A stretch of DNA of 64,000 bases, taken from assembly GCA_964035545.1 (NCBI GenBank), contig OZ037767.1, forward strand, positions 21,406,628-21,470,627, in the 5' to 3' direction. Source of the DNA: Bugula neritina (lineage: Eukaryota; Animalia; Bryozoa). Shown in pieces: positions 1 to 12,300 of the stretch. How positions within the stretch are numbered: position 1 is the stretch's first letter; every line of letters begins with the position of its first letter. Both the position numbers and the translations under genes were made by a program. The notes beneath the pieces are model-generated. The model was given only the letters and a program-made list of their open reading frames with translations. It had not been told where the DNA came from and ran no database searches.

Positions 1-3000
1 TTTGTTATTCAAGGTACGTCATAAGTAAATGAGAGTTATAGCTGATATTTAGCCTCGTCAAACAATAGCTAAACTTATCAGCTTCCTGTTGAAACAATCC
101 AAACTTTCACCGGGTTGTTGAATAAAAGATATTTTATTCAAAGCAGTTTTTTATCCCGAAAAACATACTTTAGCGCATATGTGAAGAGATGTGTTAGGGG
201 ACATGTTGAGAGGATAAGTAAGGAGATGTGTTAAGGGGACAGCACACAAAGCTGATCAAAACTAATGAGTTTAGTGCTAAGGTCACCTAGCTGCCCATGA
301 GCTGCCCCTGAGATGTGCATGGTGCTGACACGCATCAACTGTAAATGTAGGGTAATTATGTGTATGTGTGAAGAACCTGGATTGATAATTGAGGATAAGT
401 AGTATGTTGAGATATAATTACATATGTAGATTTCTTGATGGCTTGTTTTATTTACATATGTCCTATAAACGAATACCTTACCTATATTTGTAATTTTCCA
501 ACTCTCTTGATTTTGCTTGCTGACAGCACTGGAATGTCACGGTGCTGTCCCTTGAAGAAGATCCCTCTCCTTACGGCGCCAGGCGAGATGATGCCATATG
601 CTCTCTTTGTCAGCAAAATGGAGTTCATGTCATCAAGCGATGCTCCAACACTCTCTATCCTATAGATAAGTGAGTAGTGGCAACACAAATGTCCATTTAT
701 AGAAATATTGTAGAATGTGCCATGTGATTTGTATTGTGATATGACACGTCATGTCATGTGGTATGGCATGTCACATGATGTGTCGCACTCAATTTCTATT
801 CTAGACTCGTCAACCTGTGCAAGGGTTTTAAACCAATCACCTTACAGAGATTTTACGGCGTCTTTGAAACTGCTGGCTTTCCAGAGTATTGCACTGAGGC
901 TATCGAATTCAACAAGTTGAAAATATCAGCTGATCAATCAGATCATGAAATGAAGTATGGAATATCTACACTAGAACAGCATGGTGTGTATATACTCTAT
1001 ATCTGCACTAGAACAGCATGGTGTGTATATATACTCTATATCTGCACTAGAACAGCATGGTGTGTGTATATACTCTATATCTACACTAGAACAGCATGGT
1101 GTGTATATATACTCTATATCTACACTAGAACAGCATGATGTGTATATATACTCTATATCTACACTAGAACAGCATGATGTGTATATATACTCTATATCTA
1201 CACTAGAACAGTGTATTGTAGGGTTGACCAAGTTGATGGGGTTAAGTAGTGCGTTGTGGCCAGGGGGAGAGACAGAAGCTCTAAGAAGGTTACAGAGTCA
1301 CCTTGAGAGAAGGGTATGTTTACAGTTAGCCTATCATATCTACTGTATGCACATCATTGCATATTTCTCTTGGTATGTTATCAAGTTTTCCCAGGTGTTA
1401 ACAGTTTCAACTGTTTCTATATATGTTCTCGTCACTCCATTCATTGCCATGGTGGGTTGGACACTCGTCGGTAAGTCATTTCTCACTGTATTTATGCATA
1501 GGAATCTACCTCTACCTCGGCCAGGTTACATTTCTAGTGCCTGTACTTGAGAGCAGTTCAACTAGTCTATTGCTAATGATGGAAAACAAATTGTTAATCT
1601 CTTCTTTTATCATTTCTCGATCAATTGAACTTAGATTTTAGCTTTTGTTCTGTATGTTTATAGATGTGGGTGGCATCTTTTGAAGAGAGGCCAAGGCTAA
1701 CACCCGCGTCCCTCCTGCCATCTTCTAATACTCTAACGCCTTACCTTGACCTCGGGTGTCTTTCAGCACGACGACTTTATTACGAGATGAATAACCTTTA
1801 CAGAAGGGTCAGTATATTCACATTGTATTCACGCTTCTTTCTATCTCCATCTTCTGTTTTCCCTCACAATATCTCACCTCTTCAGTTGTCTCCATTTATC
1901 ATGTTTTCACTCCACCTTTTTGCTGCCAGCTAACTTTCTTCTATTTTCTCCCCACATTTTCTTCTTCTGTTTTATTTCATATAGACATAACCCTTGCTTC
2001 CTTATGTTACAGTTGAAGGGTGGCCAGAGCAGACCCCCCACTTCTCTTCATGGACAGTTAGTGATGAGAGAATACTTCTATGTCGCAGCGAATCTGAATG
2101 AGAACTTTGACAGAGTGAAAGGCAACAGCATGTGCATGCCTGTACCATGGAAGAGCGTAGACGAGTTGTCTATGGAAAGAGTCACCTCTGTATGTCTGTC
2201 TGCTTCGCTCAACTATAGACTATTTCCTGTTACAATACCGTGGCAACACTTTTAGTGCTCACTTTGGTATAATTTTGTGGGCCCTGTTTTAGGCAACCAC
2301 TGGTTTTCCATGGATTGACGCCATTTTGAAGCAGCTGGTGTCTGAGGGCTGGATCCACGGTATCTGTAAACATGCTCTTATCAGCTTCATCACTCATGGC
2401 CAGCTCTTCTACTCCTGGGAAGAGGCAGCCAATGTAGGTCACTGCGTCATCATAATTCTCCTCATATACTCTCTATATAGTCTGGAAGGAAATATAATAT
2501 GTATTATATTTGTTTTATATATGTAATATAGATGTATAATATATTATGTCTTATATATGTAATATAGATGTATAATATGTGTTATATTCGTATTATACTC
2601 TACTTACAGCTGCTGGAACGCTATAGTCTGGAGGGAGATATCTGTACAAACAATGGCATAGCCATGCTGCTTTCTGGCAGCTGCTACTCTCGAGCTCTAC
2701 CTAGTGTGGTTCACAGCCCGGTGCTTAGCGGCAAACATGGCAATCTGGGTGTTGAATTGATCAGGTAAGTCTTGTTACACTCGCACTCTAGCAGCTGAAT
2801 GGTAATAGACTATGCATCATGTAATATATAGTGATGGTGTATGCCAGAGCACATGTATCACATTCAGGTAATTGTCTATATGTTGAAGTTGCGTCACAGC
2901 CAGGTGATGGTGACTATATTTTTCTCTGCTATGTCTACTACATTCTCTTTGCCGCAGGAAATGCACTTGTTCGCACATATTGGAGTTTTGTTCTTGTAGG

Positions 3001-3869
3001 AGGTATATTCCTTCACTGAAGTCTTTCCCTGAAGAGTTTATATTTGAGCCGTGGCTGGCGCCGTATGACATTCAGCTAGCCACTGGTTGTGTGGTGGCCA
3101 AGGACTACCCTGCACCTATGATAATCCACCACCAGGCAGCCCTCTCGGCCAACATCTCCATGCTACACCAGTTCATCAGATCTGCTCAGGAGAGAAAAGG
3201 TAGGTCTGTACATCTACTTTAAATCTTCGTTACTGGCTCAAGTGCAAATAACAGACCTTTTTTTACTTCATCACAGGCTATAGTATATAGCGGATATAGT
3301 TTTTCAGTATATCTAGTATACACTGAGTATATCTAGTAGACAGTGAGTATACCTAGTATACAGTGAGTATATCTAGTGGACAGTGAGTATACCTAGTATA
3401 CAGTGAGTATATCTAGTATACAGTGAGTATATCTAGTGGACAGTGAGTATATCTAGTATACATTGAGTATATCTAGTGGACAGTATATCTAGTATACACT
3501 GAGTATATCTAGTAGACAGTGAGTATATCTAGTAGACAGTGAGTATATCTAGTGGACAGTATATCTAGTAGACAGTATATCTAGTAGAGGGTGAGTATAT
3601 CTAGTAGACAGTGAGTATATCTAGTAGACAGTGAGTATATCTAGTAGACAGTGAGTATATCTAGTAGACAGAGAGTAGATATAGTATACAGTGAGTATAT
3701 CTAGTATACAGTGAGTATATCTAGTATACAGTGAGTAGACAGAGAGTAGATATAGTTTCATGCCTCTTGTCTGTTTACAGTAACTAAGCGCCGGCAGAAA
3801 CAAGCCATTCGCCCCTGTCCTTACCTGATGCCCGCACCATCATCTGACACTAAGGAGCTGTTTGATTGA
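1..3869 (+). CDS. CRY: Cryptochrome, vertebrate-type (CRY1/CRY2-like, invertebrate CRY2 class), 5'-partial, divergent FAD pocket
   Basis: Exons <1-13, 527-669, 805-983, 1222-1313, 1664-1807, 2013-2189, 2293-2433, 2610-2764, 3000-3199, 3781-3869 (TGA). All GT-AG and phase-consistent. Translation includes HWNVTVLSLEEDPSPYGARRDDAI, SSALWPGGETEALRRLQSHLERR, LTPYLDLGCLS, SLHGQLVMREYFY, TGFPWIDAILKQLVSEGWIH, RRYIPSLKSFPEEFIFEPWLAP and DYPAPMI, colinear with mammalian CRY1 as recalled. Intron positions (LFK|, LEQHG|, LERR|, LYRR|, EEAAN|, LIR|R) match those I recall for mammalian CRY1. Confidence 0.93.
962..1212 (+). repeat. 37-39 bp minisatellite (~6.5 copies) spanning the CRY exon/donor junction
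   Basis: Unit ATATCTRCACTAGAACAGCATG|GTGTGTATATATACTCT. It begins inside exon 805-983 and fills almost the whole intron 984-1221. Confidence 0.92.
3306..3750. repeat. ~20 bp minisatellite in the last CRY intron
   Basis: Tandem GAGTATATCTAGTAGACAGT variants. Confidence 0.9.
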
Positions 3870-4804
3870 GCTGAATGCAGTCCCCCGTCAGCAAAATTGA
3901 CTGCTGATTCATACTGACTCATCTAATAGATGTTCCGAAGTGCATATTCTATTACCTCTATAAACCAGTTTCTGTTATGATATTTCTATTCTATGTTTTC
4001 TTGTATTACTTCTACAGCATTTCTATAATGACATATCTACTAGTGACTAAAAGATTTGACTGGATATATATACCAGACTTGCTACATATGGCCTTACCTA
4101 TTTATTCATTAAATCAAAGTCTCTACACACATTATCTACATGTTATATAATGAATAGTCTGTAGGACACAACAGCATGACCCATGCATCTACCAGATCAA
4201 CCGTTTGGTAGGCTATGTCTAGATTAATCATTTTCCCAAAATTGCTGCTCTTTATTAATATTATAATAATATTGTCAAATTTTTGTTACAGTGTTGTACA
4301 GATTATTTTCTATTAAATCTTTATAATTCGTTATTTAAATTTTATAGCATTACATATTAATATTTGTTGATTCGTAATATAATCTTAAATATACAAACTT
4401 TTCGTACATGTTTTTTCAACTTCTACTCTTTCACTGATAACTATTTTATCTGCCATAAGTTAAGGTCTCGCAACATAAAGCAAAAGCTGTTTTCTATGAA
4501 AACCAGCTGTGGGAATAACTTGCCACACACTACATTGACAGTGGGATTCAAATCTAAGTGATCGGTTCTATATACCAATGACTTCATTGCCCAAGGTTTC
4601 ACATTGTAGATTTTGTTTTGAAATCTCACTATGATTCATGACAATATTTTATTAAAACAAAAGAACAAAACTGAAAGGTATCTAAGTGGATGAGCTCACT
4701 ACAGCACGTACTGTTTGCAATATTTGCTCAGCATGTTGCCTGCATGGAGATCACACCAAAATACCCCTATAAATATTATTTTGTCATATTTCATGTGGCT
4801 AGAC

Positions 4805-5143
4805 CAGGGGTGTTCAACCTTTTCAAACCGAGGGCCACAGAAATAAAATATTTCATGGTGAGGGCCACATTGTAAGCTTCAGCTTGTGCTGGGGGCCACA
4901 GCATCAGTATTTTTCAAACTACCTTATTCCAAAACTTTATGAATCATTACACAATTAAGTCTCAATAGTTACTGCCAGCTGCATTTTTTGTGTTATTTGT
5001 ATAAATAAGGCATTTAAAAGGTGGCTTTTCACTTTAATTCATGTAAACAGTGAAAAATTATTTTAGCTTTATGCCTTCGAGGGCCACATAAATGTAGGCT
5101 GGGGGCCACATCCGGCCCTAGGGCCGCCTGTTGGACAGCCCTG
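4805..5143. mobile_element. hAT (Charlie-like) non-autonomous element / MITE
   Basis: Termini CAGGGGTGTTCAAC and GTTGGACAGCCCTG form imperfect TIRs. Perfect 8-bp target-site duplication GGCTAGAC at 4797-4804 and 5144-5151. Internal repeated GGGCCACA motifs. An 8-bp TSD is characteristic of hAT elements. Confidence 0.9.
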
Positions 5144-6994
5144 GGCTAGACCTTTTATTAACTGGTGATCAATATTATATCTGCCATAAGTCGACTTGCT
5201 AGTGACTTGCATTGAGTTGAACCTGTCTTGGTTGCTAAGATATGGCAGATCATTTGAACCAATGCTGCAAGCTGCACACCCAACAACAAATTAATAACAT
5301 GACAATTCCGGCAATGAAAAAATCCTATGGTCCTGTTATGAGACTTGTGCGTAAAGAGAGTTGAAAGGCACACAGGTAGTTGTTGGCTTGTAGCACTGGC
5401 CATATTGAAACTCTGGCTGCATGCTCCAATCTTATTTAAAATTGCTAATATGTGGTTAATGTCAGCAAAAACTTACCTCTGATTAATGTAGAGATTTATA
5501 TGGTTTTTTGAAAAAAGATTATAGCTCAGTTTAATTATAATTTTTTCATCTCTGTAACTCCACTAAACTCTTCAAAATCACATGAGCATGGTTAACGACT
5601 TCTTAAGGGTACTAGACTTTTGTCACATGTCCGGATTACTTCATTGATACTTAGGAGTTGTGTCTCCACAAGTATACATAAATCTTGCTTATACCATTAC
5701 CAAAAGCAGTCTCATAAAATAGTATATTTGTTGAAGTTTAGTTGTTTATATAGTCAAGTCCAAACTATGCAGTCGGAATTTTCATCCAGAAGATAAATAA
5801 TGTGGGTCATTTTACTTAATTTAGTACACACTAGAAATCTTCAGTTTTTGGCTATTTTTCACAATTTAGCTGGTAATGAACATGGTTTTTTGGCTAAAAC
5901 TAGTAAAACACCAATAATTACACCTAAATAATCAAAGTTCTTTTTAATTTTGCTTCGTTTCCCATGTTTTTCCCTAATTATTCAGCCAGTTTTGGTTACG
6001 GACCGTTATGTTTTTTTCGTAACGGTCGCACATATAGAATATTAAGTGCATATGACAATGACCTGTGCTTTAATGTTGGGGAATCCCCTCCCAGCCTCTT
6101 CTGTTATGCGTAGTTAAAACCAGCACATAAAAATACCATGTATGGTAAATTTCAATGGATTTTGAGCAAAATTTAATGTTATGTCATAATTTGCGGGCGT
6201 GTACTAAATGAAGTAAACTGACACATGTCATTTAGGTAGCTTTGGTACAAGTGGCTTATGAATAGTCTCTACTGTAAATTTTGGACCATCTTAGAAACAT
6301 TAATGAAATTTACATACACCTAACAAAAACACTATAGGAAATTCTCTTTCAAATTGTGAATTTACCAAGTCTGTGTTTTTGCTGAAGGCTTTATCAAAAA
6401 CTCTACTAGTTGTTCACCCTTTTAAAGTACTGCACCCACAGTGTGTATGAACTAGCATCAGCTTGTGTTATACTGGGCCACCAGGATTAAACTTTGTAAG
6501 CACTGCTGAATTTGCTATCACAAACCTACTTGTTTCAAAGATATCATACATTGTCCAGACTGCTGAAAATCAATGTTTCCTAACATTCAGTGTGTCAAGC
6601 AAAAATTCTACAAAATTAACTCAAATAATTAACCATTCCTAGAAATCTCATTACATTACTTCTATTCTTTGGTACTGGTGAGTCAACAACAGCATGTAAC
6701 TAGTCCCTTCTTGCTTTGGCAACAGTCAGAAATTATGCTGTTATATGACCAAGAAAAGTTACTTGTGGCTGACAAATTTAGTATTTTTTCTTGTACATTC
6801 AATTTGAAAATAATTTCGATGGCGCCTTTCTAACAACTTAATCATGCTTTGAATTTGTCTCCTCATGCACCAAAGTATTGTTAATATTATACACTTCAAC
6901 ACCTCCCCAGCCCTGTAAGTGTTCAACAATTGCTTTGTGGAAAACTTCACCATTAAAAATCAGGCCAAATCTTTATATATGTAAGTTATATAAT

Positions 6995-7110
6995 GTACAC
7001 AGTGTAAGTTATATATACAGTGTAAGGTATATATACAGTGTAAGTTATATATACAGTGTAAGTTAAATATACAGTGTAAATTACATATGTAGTGGAAGTT
7101 ATATATATTA
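6995..7110. repeat. ~18 bp minisatellite
   Basis: Tandem CAGTGTAAGTTATATATA variants. Confidence 0.75.
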
Positions 7111-7292
7111 TAGTCTAAGTTATATGTAATATAAGTTATGTATAGAGCTATGCATAGGTATATTCAGCACTTAGTTTATACAGCTAGCTGTGGGTTCTAC
7201 TTGGAATTTAAACACTTAATAAATAATTGAGAGGGGTAAGATTAGCTGAGACTCATTAGGAATAAGAGTCTAGAGTCTAGGGCTATTATCGT

Positions 7293-7497
7293 ATATCATG
7301 TTCTAAGATGTACCATAGTATAATATCATGTTCTGAGATATACCATAGTATAATATCATGTTCTGAGATGTACCATAGTATATAATATCATGTTCTGAGA
7401 TATACCATAGTATATAATATCATGTTCTAAGATGTACCATAGTATAATATCATGTTCTAAAATATATCATATTATAATATCATGTTCTAAGATGTAG
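7293..7497. repeat. ~30 bp minisatellite
   Basis: Tandem TATCATGTTCTRAGATRTACCATAGTATAA variants. Confidence 0.85.
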
Positions 7498-8344
7498 CAT
7501 ACAAGTGATAGGTGAAGAGTGTTGCTGCTATGTAGATATTTTTAGCTTCACTCTGCTGTTCTGCTAAAAATATTTTGCAGGGCTTTGAACACAATACTTT
7601 GCTCAGTACCTGCAGCTGCATCTCAACAAAACAACATCGATCAACATTTTCTTTTTGATGTTGATATTTACTCGACTAGGCCCCAAGTTAGCTACTGCAG
7701 TGTGACTGCCATGTGATATATAGAAGAGTTTTTGAGAAGCGTTCTTACTTAGCCTTCCATCAACTGCATCAGTTATGCATTATCATTGGTTATTTAGTAA
7801 AGGAACAATCAATGATTCAAATATAATATGTAATTCTCTATTTTGAAAATCTTGTGTTCAATAAAGAGGAACATGGAAACTGTTGACATGTTTCCATGGA
7901 TATAACACACAGATCTAGAGAGGAAGATGGAGAATAGGTAACTTGAGTGTTGACTTAGCATTCCTGAAGAGCTATTTATTATGGTATACTGTAGCACACA
8001 TATTGTAATATACCGTTATATTTATTATAACATATTATAGTATGACATATGATAATATGATATAATATAATATAGTATATAATATAACAATATAAAATGG
8101 CATATGACAATATGGCATAATACAACATGACACAGGATACATAATAATAATAATGCACAAAAGCAGTAAAGATAAATAGAAAAATAATCCAAAGTCCTGA
8201 AGAAAAAATAAGAGGAAACCAGCAGTTGTCACAAAACTTTTAAAGAAAATATACAAATATTTTGTGGAAACAAACAAAAGCAAAAATAACTTAAAAACAA
8301 AGAAAATATAATTGCAGTAGTAAACATAAATTACTTGAGAAATA

Positions 8345-8635
8345 TTAACAGTAGTAGATAGTGATTAGTGAGATACTGACAGTAGTGAGTAGTAATATAC
8401 TAACAGCAGTAGATAGTGAATAGTGAAATACTAACAGCAGTAGATAGTGATTAGTGATATGCTAACAGCAGTAGATAGTGATTAGTGAAATACTAACAGT
8501 AGTAGATAGTGAATAGTGATATGCTAACAGCAGTAGATAGTGATTAGCAAATACTGATATAGTAGTTAATAGTGAGATGCTAACAGCAGTATATGGTGAT
8601 TATTGTGCTACTAACAGGGGTTGATAGTTAATAGT
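8345..8635. repeat. ~31 bp degenerate minisatellite
   Basis: Tandem TACTAACAGCAGTAGATAGTGATTAGTGAAA variants. Confidence 0.8.
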
Positions 8636-9325
8636 GTGTTGCTTGAACAAGTAATGTTTATATCTATCCCTGAATATCAAAATCTGGTGAAATTTCATCG
8701 ATTTGAAGCAGAAAAAATGAAATGACAGAAGATTAATAACAAAAGTCTGATACAGGTGCCTCCATATGTACAGGTACCTCTACATACAGGTACGTACAGG
8801 TATACGTTCACATAGAGGCACGTACACGTACCTTTATCAGACTCAATTACACTGTCGTATAAAATAATATAAAGTCATAATATAAAACAAAAAAGCCAAC
8901 TGAGAAATAAATATTCAGAAACAGTTGAATAACTGAAACATGACCCAAGGAAAAGCTACCATCACAGACTTATGCATATTATAAGAGAATTCAGTTTTAA
9001 AGTTCCCTCCACTACAAAATACATGATATAACTATTTATAGCTATTCTACTGCAGCAATCAGTGTTACTTACATTGCAAAGTGAATAGTGTTCAAGAACA
9101 GGAGTTGTCATCTCTACGTAAAAATTAAACTTCTTTATAAGCTACTGGCAGAGTGGGGGGGGGGTTTAAATGCCCATAAATTTAGAGAGCCATACAGTAT
9201 TGGGCTACAGGCTAGAGTTGGCCAGAACAAAAACTAGAAATTAAAACATCTAAGGCTAATAAACAACATAGCATAGCTTAGAATTCAACACAGCACTAGC
9301 GGACTAGCAAATCTAGCCAGTGTAA

Positions 9326-12300
9326 CTAGGAGTTGTCCACACTCAGCAGTTCCATGTTGGATGATTCTGGAATGTCGAATACTAACTTGCGGCGAACATT
9401 ATTTTTTCGCTGCTTCCGATATCGCTTAATAAGTCTCCTCGAGACAACTCCACTGAAACGCACCTTTTTGAGTTTACGAGTCGATGGACGAGAGATGACG
9501 ATGAATCTTTTGGGATGTGAAGTAGTGGGAGTGGACGGCTGTTCATCAGTGAGATTGTGGACAAGGTGGGTGACCTGTAACACAGGAGAGAAGATAACTC
9601 TAGCTGCTAAGTGCAGCTCAATACAATTATTTCCCCTTGTGAATATGCAATGCAAAAAAATCAACTCACACTCTTGTAACGCAAAATATGTAACAAAAAA
9701 AGATAACAGAATAAAACAAAACAAGATAATATAATGAGATAACATAGTATAACGCAGAGATAGAAACACATACTTTGCCACACACTCTATAGACCAGAGT
9801 AGAGATCCTCTCATGTATCTCCTCTGAAGTTAGACCGAGGGCAGAACTGCTCAGCAGCAAATAGTCGTTGGATCTGGTGATTCTAGGCCGGATGTACTCA
9901 ACGTATGCCATTACCACAGCCTTGGCTCTCTCGTCAAAAGCCAAACTTTTCTGCAGCTTACTAATACAAGCTGAGGCTATAGTTGGGCTGGGAATATCTA
10001 TGGCACTCATGCTAATGTACTTATTCGGTGTCACTGGAGACTGACTGTTAGTGTAGTTCTCGTGTGTGTGAGAGGGAGGGGGATCAAGGTCCCGCACCCT
10101 CACCATGTGCACGTAGTCGATGTGCTCAGGCAACAGACGGTACAAGTAGGCGCAGAGGTAGGAAGTGGCGAAGTCTATGTCACATCCCTTCTCCATGGTG
10201 CGCACGTGTTGGCAGTGTGCCAAGTAGTTTATGATGACGTCATACTGAGGGGTGAAGTGAGTCACCGTGGCTTCTATATCGGCCAGTGTGATTGGTGTGC
10301 TTGTGAGGTCAATGCTGATTGGTTGATTGAGAGTAAGAGCTGCTCTGTAATTGGACAGGAGACGTTCAGCTGCAGAATATCTGTTCTCTATAATCCCTAG
10401 AAGAGTTAATTGGTAATATAACATACAATATTAATAATGTATACACACATTTGCACGCACGCACACACACATATATATACATATAATAAAATGAATTTAA
10501 ACATATATTACACAATATAACGTAATATATAACATATTATGTATTATACAATATAACATTATATCTCTCTTGCAGCCAGTCAATGCAACTATGGCTGTTT
10601 CATAGATTTGGCTTGAATTTGGTTGCAGCTCTCCACACAACTCTGTTGTCAGCCGTCTCTTGCCAGAAACACAATGTTATATATTATACAATGAAATGCT
10701 TACTAACCTTTAATGGGAAGCTGGAACTTTCTAAACTCAATAAAGTAATGAAGGGCTTCACATATTCTGGTCTCTGTTTCTAAAGAGTGTCTATCCTGCA
10801 GTAAATAGATTTGTTACGTAGAATTCGCCATTAGCTTTTATATAAACACAAATAGCCGGAAATGCGCAGTGCATAGTGACAACATATACTATAAAAAGGT
10901 TAGTGCTCTGACAGCAGACACCAGTGCTCTGACAGTAGACACCAGTGATCTGACAGTAGACACTGGTGCTCTGACAGTAGACACAAGTGCTCTGACAGTA
11001 GACACCAGTGCTCTGACAGTAGACACCAGTGATCTGACAGTAGACACTGGTGCTCTGACAGTAGACACAAGTGCTCTGACAGCAGACACCAGTGCTCTGA
11101 CAGTAGACACCAGTGATCTGACAGTAGACACTGGTGCTCTGACAGTAGACACCAGTGCTCTGACAGTAGACACAAGTGCTCTGACAGTAAACACCAGCGC
11201 TCCGACAGTAGAAACCAGTGCTCTGACAGTAGACACCAGTGCTCTGACAGTAGACACAAGTGCTCTGACAGTAAACACCAGCGCTCCGACAGTAGAAACC
11301 AGTGCTCCGACAGTAGACACCAGTGCTCTAACAGTAGACACCAGTGCCCTGACAGCAGACACAAGTGCTCTGACAGTAGACACTGGTGCTCTGACAGTAG
11401 ACACCAGTGCTCTAACAGTAGACACCAGTGCCCTGACAGCAGACACAAGTGCTCTGACAGTAGACACTAGTGCTTTGACTACTGCAGTGCTGAATACATG
11501 CACATAGAAGTAGCCCAAGAATCCAAGTCTGTGGGTTAATCAACCAAGCAGCAATAATCTGAACCAGGAAAGTGTTATTATACAACCAAGCTCTGCTAAT
11601 TCTAAAACCAAATTTGGAAACTATAGAAAACATGTAGTAAATTATGGAGTGTAGAAGTGAACATTGTGGTATCAGATGTGACAGTGTACAAGTGAACATT
11701 CCAGTAAAGTATTACAATGGAGAAAATAGCATGAGATGTGGGCTCTGCACCTTTTATACAACTCTTTTCTTCAAGTAATGCAAGTCATGTGATGAGGATA
11801 CTGTGGTGAGGATACTTTGATGAGGGTAGTGTGATGAGGATACTGTGATGAGGATACTGTGATGAGGGTACTGTGATGAGGGTACTGTGATGAGGGTACT
11901 GTGATTAGGGTAGTGTGATGAGGGTAGTGTGATGAGGATACTGTGGTGAGGATACTTTGATGAGGGTAGTGTGATGAGGATACTGTGATGAGGATACTGT
12001 GATGAGGGTACTGTGATGAGGATACTGTGATGAGGGTACTGTGATTAGGGTAGTGTGATGAGGGTAGTGTGATGAGGATACTGTGATGAGGGTACTGTGA
12101 TGAGGGTACTGTGATGAGGATACTGTGATGAGGATACTGTGGTGAGGATACTTTGATGAGGATACTACGATGAGGATACTGTGATGAGGATACTGTGATG
12201 AGGGTACTGTGATGAGGGTACTGTGATGAGGGTACTGTGATTAGGGTAGTGTGATGAGGGTAGTGTGATGAGGATACTGTGATGAGGGTACTGTGATGAG

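Noticed and set aside
981-1550. 189-aa ORF as an in-frame repeat insertion in CRY
   Set aside because: The first repeat unit is 37 bp, so the repeat frame is out of phase with the upstream exon. Only 1222-1313 is exonic.
10869-11518. Three overlapping ORFs (TVDTSAL repeats, mucin- or antifreeze-like)
   Set aside because: A stop-free 21-bp minisatellite inside an intron, with no splice or coding support.
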